DNA of 64,000 bases from Octopus vulgaris (taxonomy: Eukaryota). This document shows, in pieces, positions 12,147 to 21,949 of this stretch; positions within the stretch are counted from its first letter, which is position 1; every line of letters starts with the position of its first letter. The DNA is taken from NCBI GenBank assembly GCA_951406725.2, contig OX597817.1, forward strand, positions 88,350,001 to 88,414,000, in the 5' to 3' direction. A program made the position numbers and the translations under genes. Below the pieces are notes generated by a model, which saw nothing but the letters and a program-made list of their open reading frames with translations, did not search any database and was not told the origin of the DNA.

Positions 12147-13696
12147 CAGTAGCGGCCATAATTTAAGGGTCAGAAAGAACAAGTGTATTGAAATAGTTAC
12201 TATAGAAGATTAACAACACGTTGAGACTAGATATTTTCCACATATTTAGATATATCTAATATCTATCTTTCGTGAAAATTTCAAGTGAATGGAATAAATA
12301 TTTCGTAAGTTATGAGGAAATAAGCAAACAATCTTCCAAATTGCAGTGACCAAAAGTTAAGTGTCACTTAGAAAAAAATGAACTACTGTTGTTTAGTAGA
12401 CTGTTAATGGGCTAACAGTTATTTCTTATGATCTTACATTATTGGGACATTCAACTGTCAACATGGCGGCTTGTGAGAGACGACCGGTGGCCTGTGATGA
12501 AGAGCAAAGTATTGTGTGCCTTAAACAAGAGGGAAAGTCAAATTTTGTGATAGCAACTACTGTAGGAAGATCAAGAGGTGTTGTGCAACAAATTGTTTTA
12601 AGTCATCAGGATCGACAGATACTAAACCCAAAACTGGTAGACCTCAGTAGGATCGTATTATGATTAGAATATCATTGAAGAATAGGTTTAAGAGTGTTGC
12701 TGAGATATCCCACAAGTTTAGCTCCACTTCCAATGTCAACATATCATGCAAAACAGGTTCTCAGAGGTTGTTCTAGGTTACTTGCTTGGGCACTAGCAAA
12801 GAAACCTCTAATCGTCAAGAAGAATCAAAGAGCCCGTCTTCATTTTGCTCACAAACATGTCATTTGGACAGGACAGTAGTCGCAGGTTCATTTTAGCAAT
12901 GAATCGAAGTTTAATGCAATTGGATCCAATGGTGAGATGTATGTTCAACGATGAAATGGCGAAAGGTTATCTCGTGTATGTGTGAAGAAGACAGTGAAAT
13001 ATGGGGAGTGATTTCTGCTGCTGGTCCTGGTCCCCTTATTTGACTACAAAGGACTGCCAATGCTGAAATCTACAAGCAGATTCTTAGACAGCATGCCCTT
13101 CCTCATCTCCGATCCTTGTCAGTTCACCCTCCTATCTTCATGCAAGACAACACTCCCTGTCACACTGTGAAGAGAGTCAAAGATTTTTTTGAATGAAGGG
13201 GTTGATCTCATGGGCTAGCCACCACAAAGTTCTGACCTCAACCTTATAGAAAACATTTGGAAGATTATTGGAGATGGGACACAAAGGAGTATTCCAAAGA
13301 ACCATGATGAACTCTGGAAATTATTGGAAAACAAATGGAACAATATTACTCCATCATTTTGCAAGAAATTAATTCAGTCCTGTAGTAACAGATGTCAAGA
13401 GGTCACTGACAGTAGAGGGATGTTCACAAAATATTAATAGCAATGGTTTCTTTTTGTTCTTGTCCCATCTTTTATTGTTTTCCTAAGTGACCCTTAACTT
13501 TTGGCCACTGCAGTTTGGAAGATTATCTGCTTATTTCCTCAAAACTTACGAAATATTTATTCCATTCAGTTGAAAGATAGATATTAAATATATCTAAATA
13601 TGTGTAAAATATCTAGTCTCAAGGTTTTGTTAATCGTCTATAATAACTATTTCAATACACTTGTTCTTACTAACCCTTAAATTATGGCCGCTACTG
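12147..13696 (+). mobile_element. Full-length Tc1 (DD34E, IR-DR type) transposon with inactivated transposase
   Basis: TA|cagtagcggccataatttaaggg ... cccttaaattatggccgctactg|TA. TIRs are about 230 bp with an inner direct repeat (cagtgaccaaaagttaag). Broken ORF from about 12463: KKPLIVKKNQRARLHFA, VHFSNESKFN, FMQDNTPCHT, PPQSSDLNLIENIW. Confidence 0.93.
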
Positions 13697-13904
13697 TATA
13701 TACACATACGTACCACACATATATATACACACACATACATGAATACATATACATATATTCCCTTGGATATCACTGCTAGTCTTCCATAAACAACCTTGCC
13801 TGGACTTGTGCTTGGGAGGGTAACTTTCTAGGTACAATCTCATGGTCTGTGTCATGACCAAAGAGGGTCTCAGAATATATACATATAGATATATGTATAT
13901 ATAT

Positions 13905-13936
<32 letters not shown>

Positions 13937-14017
13937 CATCATCATCATTTAACGTCCGCTTTCCATGCTAGCATGGGTTGGACTATATATATATATATAT
14001 AAATATATATATATATA

Positions 14018-14773
14018 AGAAAGTTGGTTAGTGAAAGCACGTCGTTGAATATATAGAAAATAGTAAAAAGTGAATGTATGTGTGTGTATATGTATGTGTG
14101 GTACGTATGTGTATATACAGTAGCGGCCATAAGTGAGGGACAGAAATTCAAGATCAAATCTAACTTTACCTGTGCCTCTGAAAACATAATTTATGTCATA
14201 AAATGCTCGGGCTGCCACCAAGACTACGTGGGTTCCACGGGACTATCACTTAGACGTAGATGCACACTGCATCGACAACAGATTGCATTCCCAGAATACA
14301 GAATGATACCTTTTAGTGAGCACATTGAGAAATGCGCAAAGCAACTACTACCACAATTTTTAATCTTTCCATTTTACCAATGTGCTATCGGATCATCAAC
14401 ACAAATTAGACTAAACAAGGAAACATTCTTCATTGAAAAGTACAAGCCCAGACTTAACCATGCCAACATACTGATACAGAGTAATTCACACCAAGGGAAA
14501 AGAAAAAAATTTTAAGCGATTATCTCCCTTACACCGGAAGAAATCACTCATTACCTCCCCTTATTTAGAACTCTTTTAAACATAAACATAACTCTATTCA
14601 ACATAAACATAACGTCGTAAGAAATTTGAAAAGCTAAACGCGAAACCGGTCTTTCTTCTAAACTATGTCATTGTAAGGAAAAAATTTTTTTTAATATTCT
14701 TCAGACATATTGACGCAAATATATATATTTTTTAAACTTTAAGCCTTCTGTAATTTTTTCACTTTTTACTATT

Positions 14774-14782
<9 letters not shown>
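14018..14782 (+). mobile_element. 5'-truncated Penelope-like element with intact GIY-YIG endonuclease domain (CxxC inside the motif, Neptune-like) and inverted 5' tail
   Basis: FKIKSNFTCASENIIYVIKCSGCHQDYVGSTGLSLRRRCTLH..SEHIEKC..RLNKETFFIEKYKPRLN (14133-14515). 14050-14074 is the reverse complement of the 3' end 14758-14782. Inserted in (TA)n. Confidence 0.9.
14619..14657 (+). ncRNA. Minimal hammerhead ribozyme motif with U3-A8 core variant
   Basis: AAGAAA-U-UUGAAAA-GC-UAAAC-GC-GAAAC-CG-GUC-UUUCUU. Stem I AAGAAA/UUUCUU, palindromic stem III ACCGGU, GUC triplet. Located in the PLE 3' UTR. Confidence 0.7.
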
Positions 14783-14812
<30 letters not shown>

Positions 14813-14892
14813 CACATATATATACACATACACATATATCATCATCATCATATATACACACATATATATATATATACGTATACATACATATA

Positions 14893-15070
14893 TCATCATC
14901 ATTGTCTAACGTCCGCTTTCCATGCTAGCATGGGTTGGACGGTTTTGACTGAGGGCTGGCAAACCAGATGGCTGTACCAGGCTTCAATCTTGATTTGGCA
15001 GAGTTTCTACAGCTGGATGACCTTCCTAACGCCAACCACTCCGAGAGTGTAGTGGGTGCTTTTTACGTGC
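14893..15070 (-). mobile_element. RTE 3' end fragment with (CAT)n tail
   Basis: catcatcattgtctaacgtccgctttccatgctagcatgggttggacgg, the same terminus as 17215 and 50917. Confidence 0.75.
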
Positions 15071-15309
15071 CATATCATAGATATAATTACTGGGTTTTAA
15101 GAAATGATCAAGAAATGTAACAATTATACAACAGGCTTCCATGCAGTTTCCACAACCAAATCCACTCACAAGGCATTTGTTTGGCGTGGGGTTATATAGA
15201 AAACCTTTGCTCAAGGTGCCACATAGGGGTTGAGACATAAACTTCTTACTATGCAGCTACGCCTGGCTGTTATAATAACAGGTGATTATAAGAAATTACT
15301 TAAAAATAA

Positions 15310-15470
15310 CAATTGCAGCGTGGAAGGTGTTTATAAGCCATTTAAGAAATACACAAAAGCCGTTCGATTCACTTCAACATTTAAGTTTAATTTGTCAAAA
15401 TATTTTTGTCACTAAAATCTGCGACCTGTTCATTGACAAAAATCCATGCTGCATCTGAGAAAGTAACAGT
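15310..15470 (-). mobile_element. Solo PLE-like terminal repeat with decayed hammerhead variant (15391-15440)
   Basis: Minus strand UUUGUCA-AUGAACA-G-GUCGC-AGAUUUUA-GUGAC-AAAAAUAUUU-UGACAAA: 7-bp stem I, stem II, palindromic AAUAUU. Differences from a functional core fall largely at CpG sites. Confidence 0.45.
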
Positions 15471-15590
15471 TAGTTCATCATATATATGTACGTATGTATG
15501 TGTGTATGTATGCATACATGTGTGTATGTATGTATGTATGCATGTACGTACATAATAATATATTTATATATATATATATACATACATATA

Positions 15591-15632
<42 letters not shown>

Positions 15633-15677
15633 TATATATATATGCATATATATATATATATATATAAGTACACATAC

Positions 15678-15724
<47 letters not shown>

Positions 15725-15733
15725 TATACATAC

Positions 15734-15764
<31 letters not shown>

Positions 15765-15765
15765 C

Positions 15766-15802
<37 letters not shown>

Positions 15803-15944
15803 CATAGATATATATATATATATTTTGTGAAATAGAAAGATGAATAATCTTGTTGCAGATTAATCAAAAGTTTAACCGATTTGTTCGGTTTGTTTTGCTC
15901 CGCCTCTTTTCTGTTTTTGTTTTTTCCAACGGATTTCCTATTTC

Positions 15945-16023
15945 TTCCTGAAGAGAAAGACACAATATGGTCTCCTTATTCAATCGGAATTTGGTAAATT
16001 GTGCCTTTCGAACACGTGTAGAA
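15945..16023 (+). ncRNA. Hammerhead-like motif in a solo PLE-type tail (about 15823-16085)
   Basis: UUC-CUGAAGA-GAAAGACACAAU..AUUGUGCCUUUC-GAAC-ACGU-GUA-GAA. Stem II pairs 11/12 and ACACGUGU is palindromic. One A is missing from GAAAC. AATAAA follows. Confidence 0.6.
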
Positions 16024-16131
16024 TGCAATAAAACGATTTCTGTTCAATCTTCGTTCAACTCCATTTCTTCAATTCACTAATAATATTATATATATATATA
16101 TGTATATATACATACATAGATATATATATAC

Positions 16132-16177
<46 letters not shown>

Positions 16178-16182
16178 CACAT

Positions 16183-16297
16183 CACGTCACGTGACCGACC
16201 AGGCTATCAGATGTTGCTACACATCGCTGGTCACAATACGCTTCGCATTGTTTTAGCCAACAAATGACGCCACCCCGCTGGCTAAGCAAGCAGGCCA
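16183..16297 (-). mobile_element. SINE 3' fragment
   Basis: Reverse complement of 49300-49410. Confidence 0.75.
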
Positions 16298-16298
16298 A

Positions 16299-16349
<51 letters not shown>

Positions 16350-16363
16350 ATATATATACATAT

Positions 16364-16394
<31 letters not shown>

Positions 16395-16526
16395 AATATA
16401 TATACATACACATATATAGATACATATATATATACACATATATATACATATATATATATATGTATCTATCTATTTGTCTATATATATATATATACATGTA
16501 CGTATCTATCTATCTATCTGTCCATC

Positions 16527-16586
<60 letters not shown>

Positions 16587-16599
16587 CTTTACATATCAA

Positions 16600-17213
16600 A
16601 ATAATCTACAAGGATATGCAGAGGTAATGCAGTAAGATCGTTTCAAGCAACTGCATTTAATTGAACAATGCAATCATCATTAGATCAGTTTAAATGCAGA
16701 GCAATCCTCAGCAGCATAAAGACATAGAATTTAATCAAATTAAAACTGATGGACACATTAGTATAATTTTATCTAAAATCTCCGAGAAGGTAAGGAGATA
16801 GACAAAGAACAAGCTGACTTCACTTCAGTATCAGGAAAAACGACTTGTTACAGATTTTGCTTGTCACTTTTTTATGGTGTCAGTTTTAATTTATAGACCA
16901 GTTAATCAAATCTGTGTATATCTAAGACGTTAGATATACAAAGATTTAATAAACCAGTCTATTAAACTGTTGCAATTGAATAATAGGTATAAATGAAGGT
17001 AAACAAAAGTTTATCCAGAATTTATAAGGTAAGGAAGAAAATGGAGAAGAGATTCAATTGACAAACATCAACAAGAGCTATATATTACTATCATAGGAAT
17101 AAATAATATACAACAAGAATTGTATTTATTTATTTATTCCTATGATTGTAATAAATAGATCTGGCTGATGTTTGTCAATTGAATCTCTTCTCCATTTTCT
17201 TCCTTGCTTTATA
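16600..17213 (-). mobile_element. Non-coding PLE-like remnant with hammerhead-like 3' end and fold-back 5' end
   Basis: Minus-strand CTGAGGA..ctgcatttaa/ttaaatgcag..GAAACGATCTTA at 16627-16717. Inverted repeat 17023-17106 / 17130-17213. Confidence 0.5.
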
Positions 17214-17214
17214 T

Positions 17215-18517
17215 ATCATCATCATCATCATCATCATCATTTAACGTCCGCTTTCCATGCTAGCATGGGTTGGACGGTTCAACTGGGGTCTGGGGAGCCC
17301 GAAAGCTGCACCAGTCCAGTCAGATCTGGCAGTGTTTCTACAGCTGGATGCCCTTCCTAACGCCAACCACTCCGAGAGTGTAGTGGGTGATTTTATGTGC
17401 CACCGACACAGGTGCCAGACGAGGCTGGCAAACGGCCACGCTCGGATGGTGTTTTTTATGTGCCACCGACACAGGTGCCAGACGAGGCTGGCAGACGGCC
17501 ACGCTCGGATGGTGTTTTTATGTGCCACCGACACAGGTGCCAGATGAGGCTGGCAAAACGGCCACGATCGGATGGTGCTTGTTACGTGCCCACAGCACGG
17601 AGGCCAGTCGATGCGGTACTGGCTACGGCCACGTTCGGATGGTTTTCTTGTGTGCCACGTGCCACCGGCACTGGTACCACCAGGATACAAATTCCATTGA
17701 TGTTCATCTATTTTGATTTGTTTTGATTTTTTTTTTTTTTTTGATTTTCACTTGCCTCAACAGGTCTTCACAAGTGTCACAAGAAGGAAGGTATGCACAG
17801 GTGGACTGACTACGTCCCAGGTAGGGGCCATGGGTTATGGCCTGACTAGTCTTGCCGGGTCTTCGGATGGTGTTTTTATGTGCCACCGACACAGGTGCTA
17901 GATGAGGCTGGCGAACGGCCACGATCGGATGGTGTTTGTCATGTGCCCACCGCACTGACTACAGCACTGATGGATTTCTTGTGTGCCACAGGCACTGGTA
18001 CCACAAGATACAAATTCCATTGATGTTCATCTATTTTGTCTATTTTGATTTGATTTGATTTGATTTTCACTTGCCTCAACCGGTCTTCACAAGTGTCACA
18101 AGAAGGAAGGTATGCACAGGTGGACTGACTAGTCTTGCCGGGTCTTCGGAAGGTGTTTTTATGTGCCACCGACACAGGTGCCAGATGAGGCTGGCGAACG
18201 GCCATGATCGGATGGTGTTTGTTACGTGCCCACAGCACGGAGGCCGGTCGATGCGGAACTGGCTACGGCCACATTCGGATGGTTCTCTTGTGTGCCACCG
18301 GCACTGGTACCACAAAGTGTGTGCCACCGGCACTGGTACCACAAAGATACAGATTCCATTGATGTTCATCTATTTTGATTTGTTTTGATTTTGATTTTCA
18401 CTTGCCTCAACAGGTCTTCACAAGTGTCACAAGAAGGAAGGTATGCACAGGTGGACTGACTACGTCCCAGGTAGGGGCCATGGGTTATGGCCTGACTAGT
18501 CTTTCCGGGTCTTCGGA
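17215..18517 (-). mobile_element. RTE LINE 3' UTR, internally triplicated, with 62-bp minisatellite units and (CAT)n tail
   Basis: Reverse complement of 49870-50917. Three tandem blocks each end at gggtcttcgga. Confidence 0.85.
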
Positions 18518-18619
18518 TATATATATATATACACATATATATATATATAAATATTTATATACACACATATATATATATATGTATATATACATATACATGT
18601 ATATATACATATATGTATA

Positions 18620-19587
18620 TATCATTATCATTGTTCGACCGTGGTCGAGACAATGGAATTTACTATGTTACGCCAGACTTCACGGTCCATCATGGCATTA
18701 CGGAGGTCCTGTGGCTGGATGCCTGTATCCCTGGAGATTACATCAGGGTAGGAGAGTGTGCGCCCTCTGGTATTGCGAGTAGATGGCTTCCAGAGGAGAA
18801 GAGTAGAAATTACCTCTTTTTCAGCTCTACAACAATGTCCAGCAAACTGGACTCTCCTACCTTTCACAAGAGATGACACAGGTGGTAGTTTCCCATATAT
18901 TTGCATTTTGGTTGGATGGCGCTTCCACGAGAGATTTTGAGCTCTCATAAGGAGGCAAGTGTAGGTTCCATCCAACCGCCTCTCAAGCTTCTTTGATAAC
19001 GTCCAGGTTTCTGAGCCATATAGTAGAATTGGTTCGACTGTGGCTTTGAATATTTCAAGTTTGAAGTCTCTACTTAGATTTGATGACCAGATCTTATGCA
19101 TGTCATTACAGGCTGACCAGGCCATACCCTTTCTAGTTAGAAAGTCTTTTCCAGATGATGATATGTATGACCCAAGATATTTATAATCAGAAACCATATT
19201 TAAAGGCGCACTGTTGAGAGTATGGATGATGCAATCACTGTTGGACAGGCACTTGTTTATGAATTCAGTTTTGGCCTCATTGAGGTAAAGACCTACACAA
19301 TTTGAGGCTTGTTCAAGAGATTGTAAAAGAGACTGGGCATTGGAGAGAGAATCACTGATAAGAGCGATGTCGTCAGCAAAGTCAGTGTCTGTCAAGTACT
19401 CAGCTGGGTGTCTGGAACTTCTTGGTTTTATTTCAAAGCCCTTGCCAGAGATGGTATCAACTGACATACGTAGCACATACAACAACAATGATGAAAAGAA
19501 ATGGGGCGAGTGTGTCTCCCTGCAGTATTCCGGCTTTGATTGAGAAAGATGATGTTTCTCCATCAGGGGTTAAGATGGTTGAAGACG
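18620..19587 (-). mobile_element. 5'-truncated RTE-clade LINE (RT C-terminal half), young, one frameshift
   Basis: TPDGETSSFSIKAGILQGDTLAPFLFIIVV, then a frameshift near 19480, then YVLR..DFADDIAL..YKYLGS..PILLYGSETWT..FAGHCCR. Short ATG/ATA-repeat tail. Inserted in (TA)n. Confidence 0.92.
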
Positions 19588-19700
19588 TATATATACATAT
19601 TATTAATAGTTAGGGAATATAAAAATTCCAAGCCAACAGGGGAAAAAATTCAATTTAGTGCACTAAATCAAAAATTCACAATATATTATATGTATATATA

Positions 19701-19906
19701 TAGAATTTAGAGACTAACTGCTATTTAGTTATTCAATCAATACTGAAACGATATTATCTATAATACCCACATTGAAAATTAAATATATTATATAATAATT
19801 ATTAATCTAAAAATCACAAAACAAATCAAACATAATGTGGGTATTATAGATAATATCTTTTCAGTATTGATTGAATAACTAAATAGCAGTTAGTCTCTAA
19901 ATTCTA
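19701..19906. repeat. 73-bp near-perfect inverted repeat with a 60-bp spacer
   Basis: 19701-19773 versus 19834-19906, one mismatch (ctgaaacgat versus ctgaaaagat). Confidence 0.92.
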
Positions 19907-19957
19907 TATATGTATATATATATACATAAATAAAGTTTAGTTAATTTTTTCAGTAGA

Positions 19958-21139
19958 ATGGGCTTAAAAATCGTTTTTGATGACGATCTGACGAAGGCCA
20001 ACTTTTTAGATATCACGCTTAATTTACACAGTGACTCTTACTTCCCATATCATAAACCGTTGACCAATCTTAAGTACATTAGCAAATTTAGTAATCATCC
20101 TGGAGCAATTACTAAGAATTTAGTTAAGAATATTTCATTTAGATTATCTAAATTATCTGCTAATGTTGATATTTTCAATAATAATGCTGAATTCTATAAC
20201 TCTGCCTTAATCAAAGCAGGTTATACAGAAAAAATTTTCTACATTGATTCTGCTCAGTCTAATTGTAAATTCAATAATGTAGATAAGATTTCTAGTCGTA
20301 AAAGAATTATTGATAACAAACATAACTTACGCACCGATACAAAGCGAATGAAGGCAGATAACCCTTATTTATTCCCCTATTACCGATCTAAAAGTAAATA
20401 TAACACCTTCAAAAGTAATTACGCTATGAATACTAGTAAAAATATTTGGTTAATAATTCCTTACAGGAGACAAATTAAATCTAATCTCCCACTGCTGTTT
20501 CGTCAAGCTATTGCTAGGAATTTTCCAAATAATTCTAGATATTACTCTATAATTAATTCACATAAGGTTAGGATAGGTTTTTCAAACACAAAAAATCTCT
20601 TGCAAATTATATCTTCTCATAATAACAAACTGTTAAATATTAATACATTTACTAATACTAACATTAATTTAGCTACTACCATCCAACCCTCTAGAAATAT
20701 TAATAACAAGGTTATTGTATCTGAAGTCAATCCCAATAGAATTAAATTTATGTCAAGTAACTCTAAGATTAAAAATTCTATATACCAGTGTATAATCAGT
20801 ACTCGTAATAAAGTACGATTTTACATTGGAAGCACATCGTTAGAGTTATCTAAGAGAATTTCTATCCATTACTCAACATTTAGGGATAGAAATAAACGGA
20901 ATAGTACCGGTCTCAGCAAACTGATTTGGAATTTAAAAGACCACAATGAACAATTTCATTTGGAATGGTTGATCCTCTCAATTTCGATACCATATGACAA
21001 AGGCAAGAAATTCTGTCTTCTCTGCAATTCTGAGCTATTTTTCATTATTTTTTCTAAAAATACTCTAGTAAACACGGTTATAGAACGAGCATACAGATGT
21101 AAGCATTGGCAAAAACATACTTTTAGTGCATATAAATAG
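19958..21139 (+). CDS. Penelope-like element ORF, 5'-truncated: RT C-terminus/thumb, linker and GIY-YIG endonuclease (element about 19925-21625)
   Basis: ANFLDITL..YFPYHKP..YISKFSNHP (PLE RT motifs); SIYQCII..FYIGST..KRISIH..STGLSKLIWNLK..FCLLCNSE..LVN..CKH (GIY-YIG with C-terminal CxxC..CxH). Open for 393 aa and flanked by (TA)n. Confidence 0.92.
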   Translation: MGLKIVFDDDLTKANFLDITLNLHSDSYFPYHKPLTNLKYISKFSNHPGAITKNLVKNISFRLSKLSANVDIFNNNAEFYNSALIKAGYTEKIFYIDSAQSNCKFNNVDKISSRKRIIDNKHNLRTDTKRMKADNPYLFPYYRSKSKYNTFKSNYAMNTSKNIWLIIPYRRQIKSNLPLLFRQAIARNFPNNSRYYSIINSHKVRIGFSNTKNLLQIISSHNNKLLNINTFTNTNINLATTIQPSRNINNKVIVSEVNPNRIKFMSSNSKIKNSIYQCIISTRNKVRFYIGSTSLELSKRISIHYSTFRDRNKRNSTGLSKLIWNLKDHNEQFHLEWLILSISIPYDKGKKFCLLCNSELFFIIFSKNTLVNTVIERAYRCKHWQKHTFSAYK

Positions 21140-21629
21140 TATCTATCATTATATATAGTTTAGACTTTAATTTCCTTTATATTTAACATTCACTATTAAT
21201 ATCCCTACTCTTTCTGTTAGCTACTTATGACGTTATATCATATAACGTTTTTTAAACAATATTAATAGCGTTCTGTCTATCGCTATACGAATCCATCATT
21301 TTTTGCTAAAATGTCGTATTGACAAGTTTCGTTTTTTCACTTTCCCGAAGAGAAGATTGCATTGTTTATACCTTTTATTCTTTTGAATAAGTATCAGTGG
21401 AATTTTTGAAACATATGTAGAAAGAAAAAATACTTGTTTAAACCTGCGTTAACTCCATTTTTTATTCCTATTATTCAAATATTCAACGTAAACACGAAGT
21501 TTCAACCTTTATAAACAAGGAGTTACAACATCTTTACTTGTGAGATTTTTGCTGCCCTGGTAACTATTCATTCATTTATCCGTGTTAATTGTTAACAAGG
21601 TAAAATACACTCATCTATTTATAATACTT

Positions 21630-21920
<291 letters not shown>

Positions 21921-21949
21921 AGACTCTTCTTTTATATTTTCTTCAATGA

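Larger units (their letters stand above)
15478..16600. repeat. Long (TA)n/(TACA)n microsatellite field containing small insertions
   Basis: Directly visible; source of the YIYI pseudo-ORFs. Confidence 0.95.

Noticed and set aside
14078-14132. N-terminal MCVYMYVWYVCVYTVAAI of the GIY-YIG ORF as a real start
   Set aside because: It is the inverted microsatellite/Tc1-end copy, fortuitously in frame; the element is 5'-truncated.
15470-16604. Many 60-160 aa ORFs rich in YI/CV/HT repeats (also at 21.6, 23.8, 31.0, 49.4, 50.9, 51.3 and 52.1 kb)
   Set aside because: Translations of (TA)n, (TG)n and (TATC)n microsatellites; not genes.
19958-21139. Selenoprotein-type PLE (in-frame UGA plus SECIS)
   Set aside because: The ORF has no internal TGA, ends in TAG, and I saw no SECIS-like hairpin.
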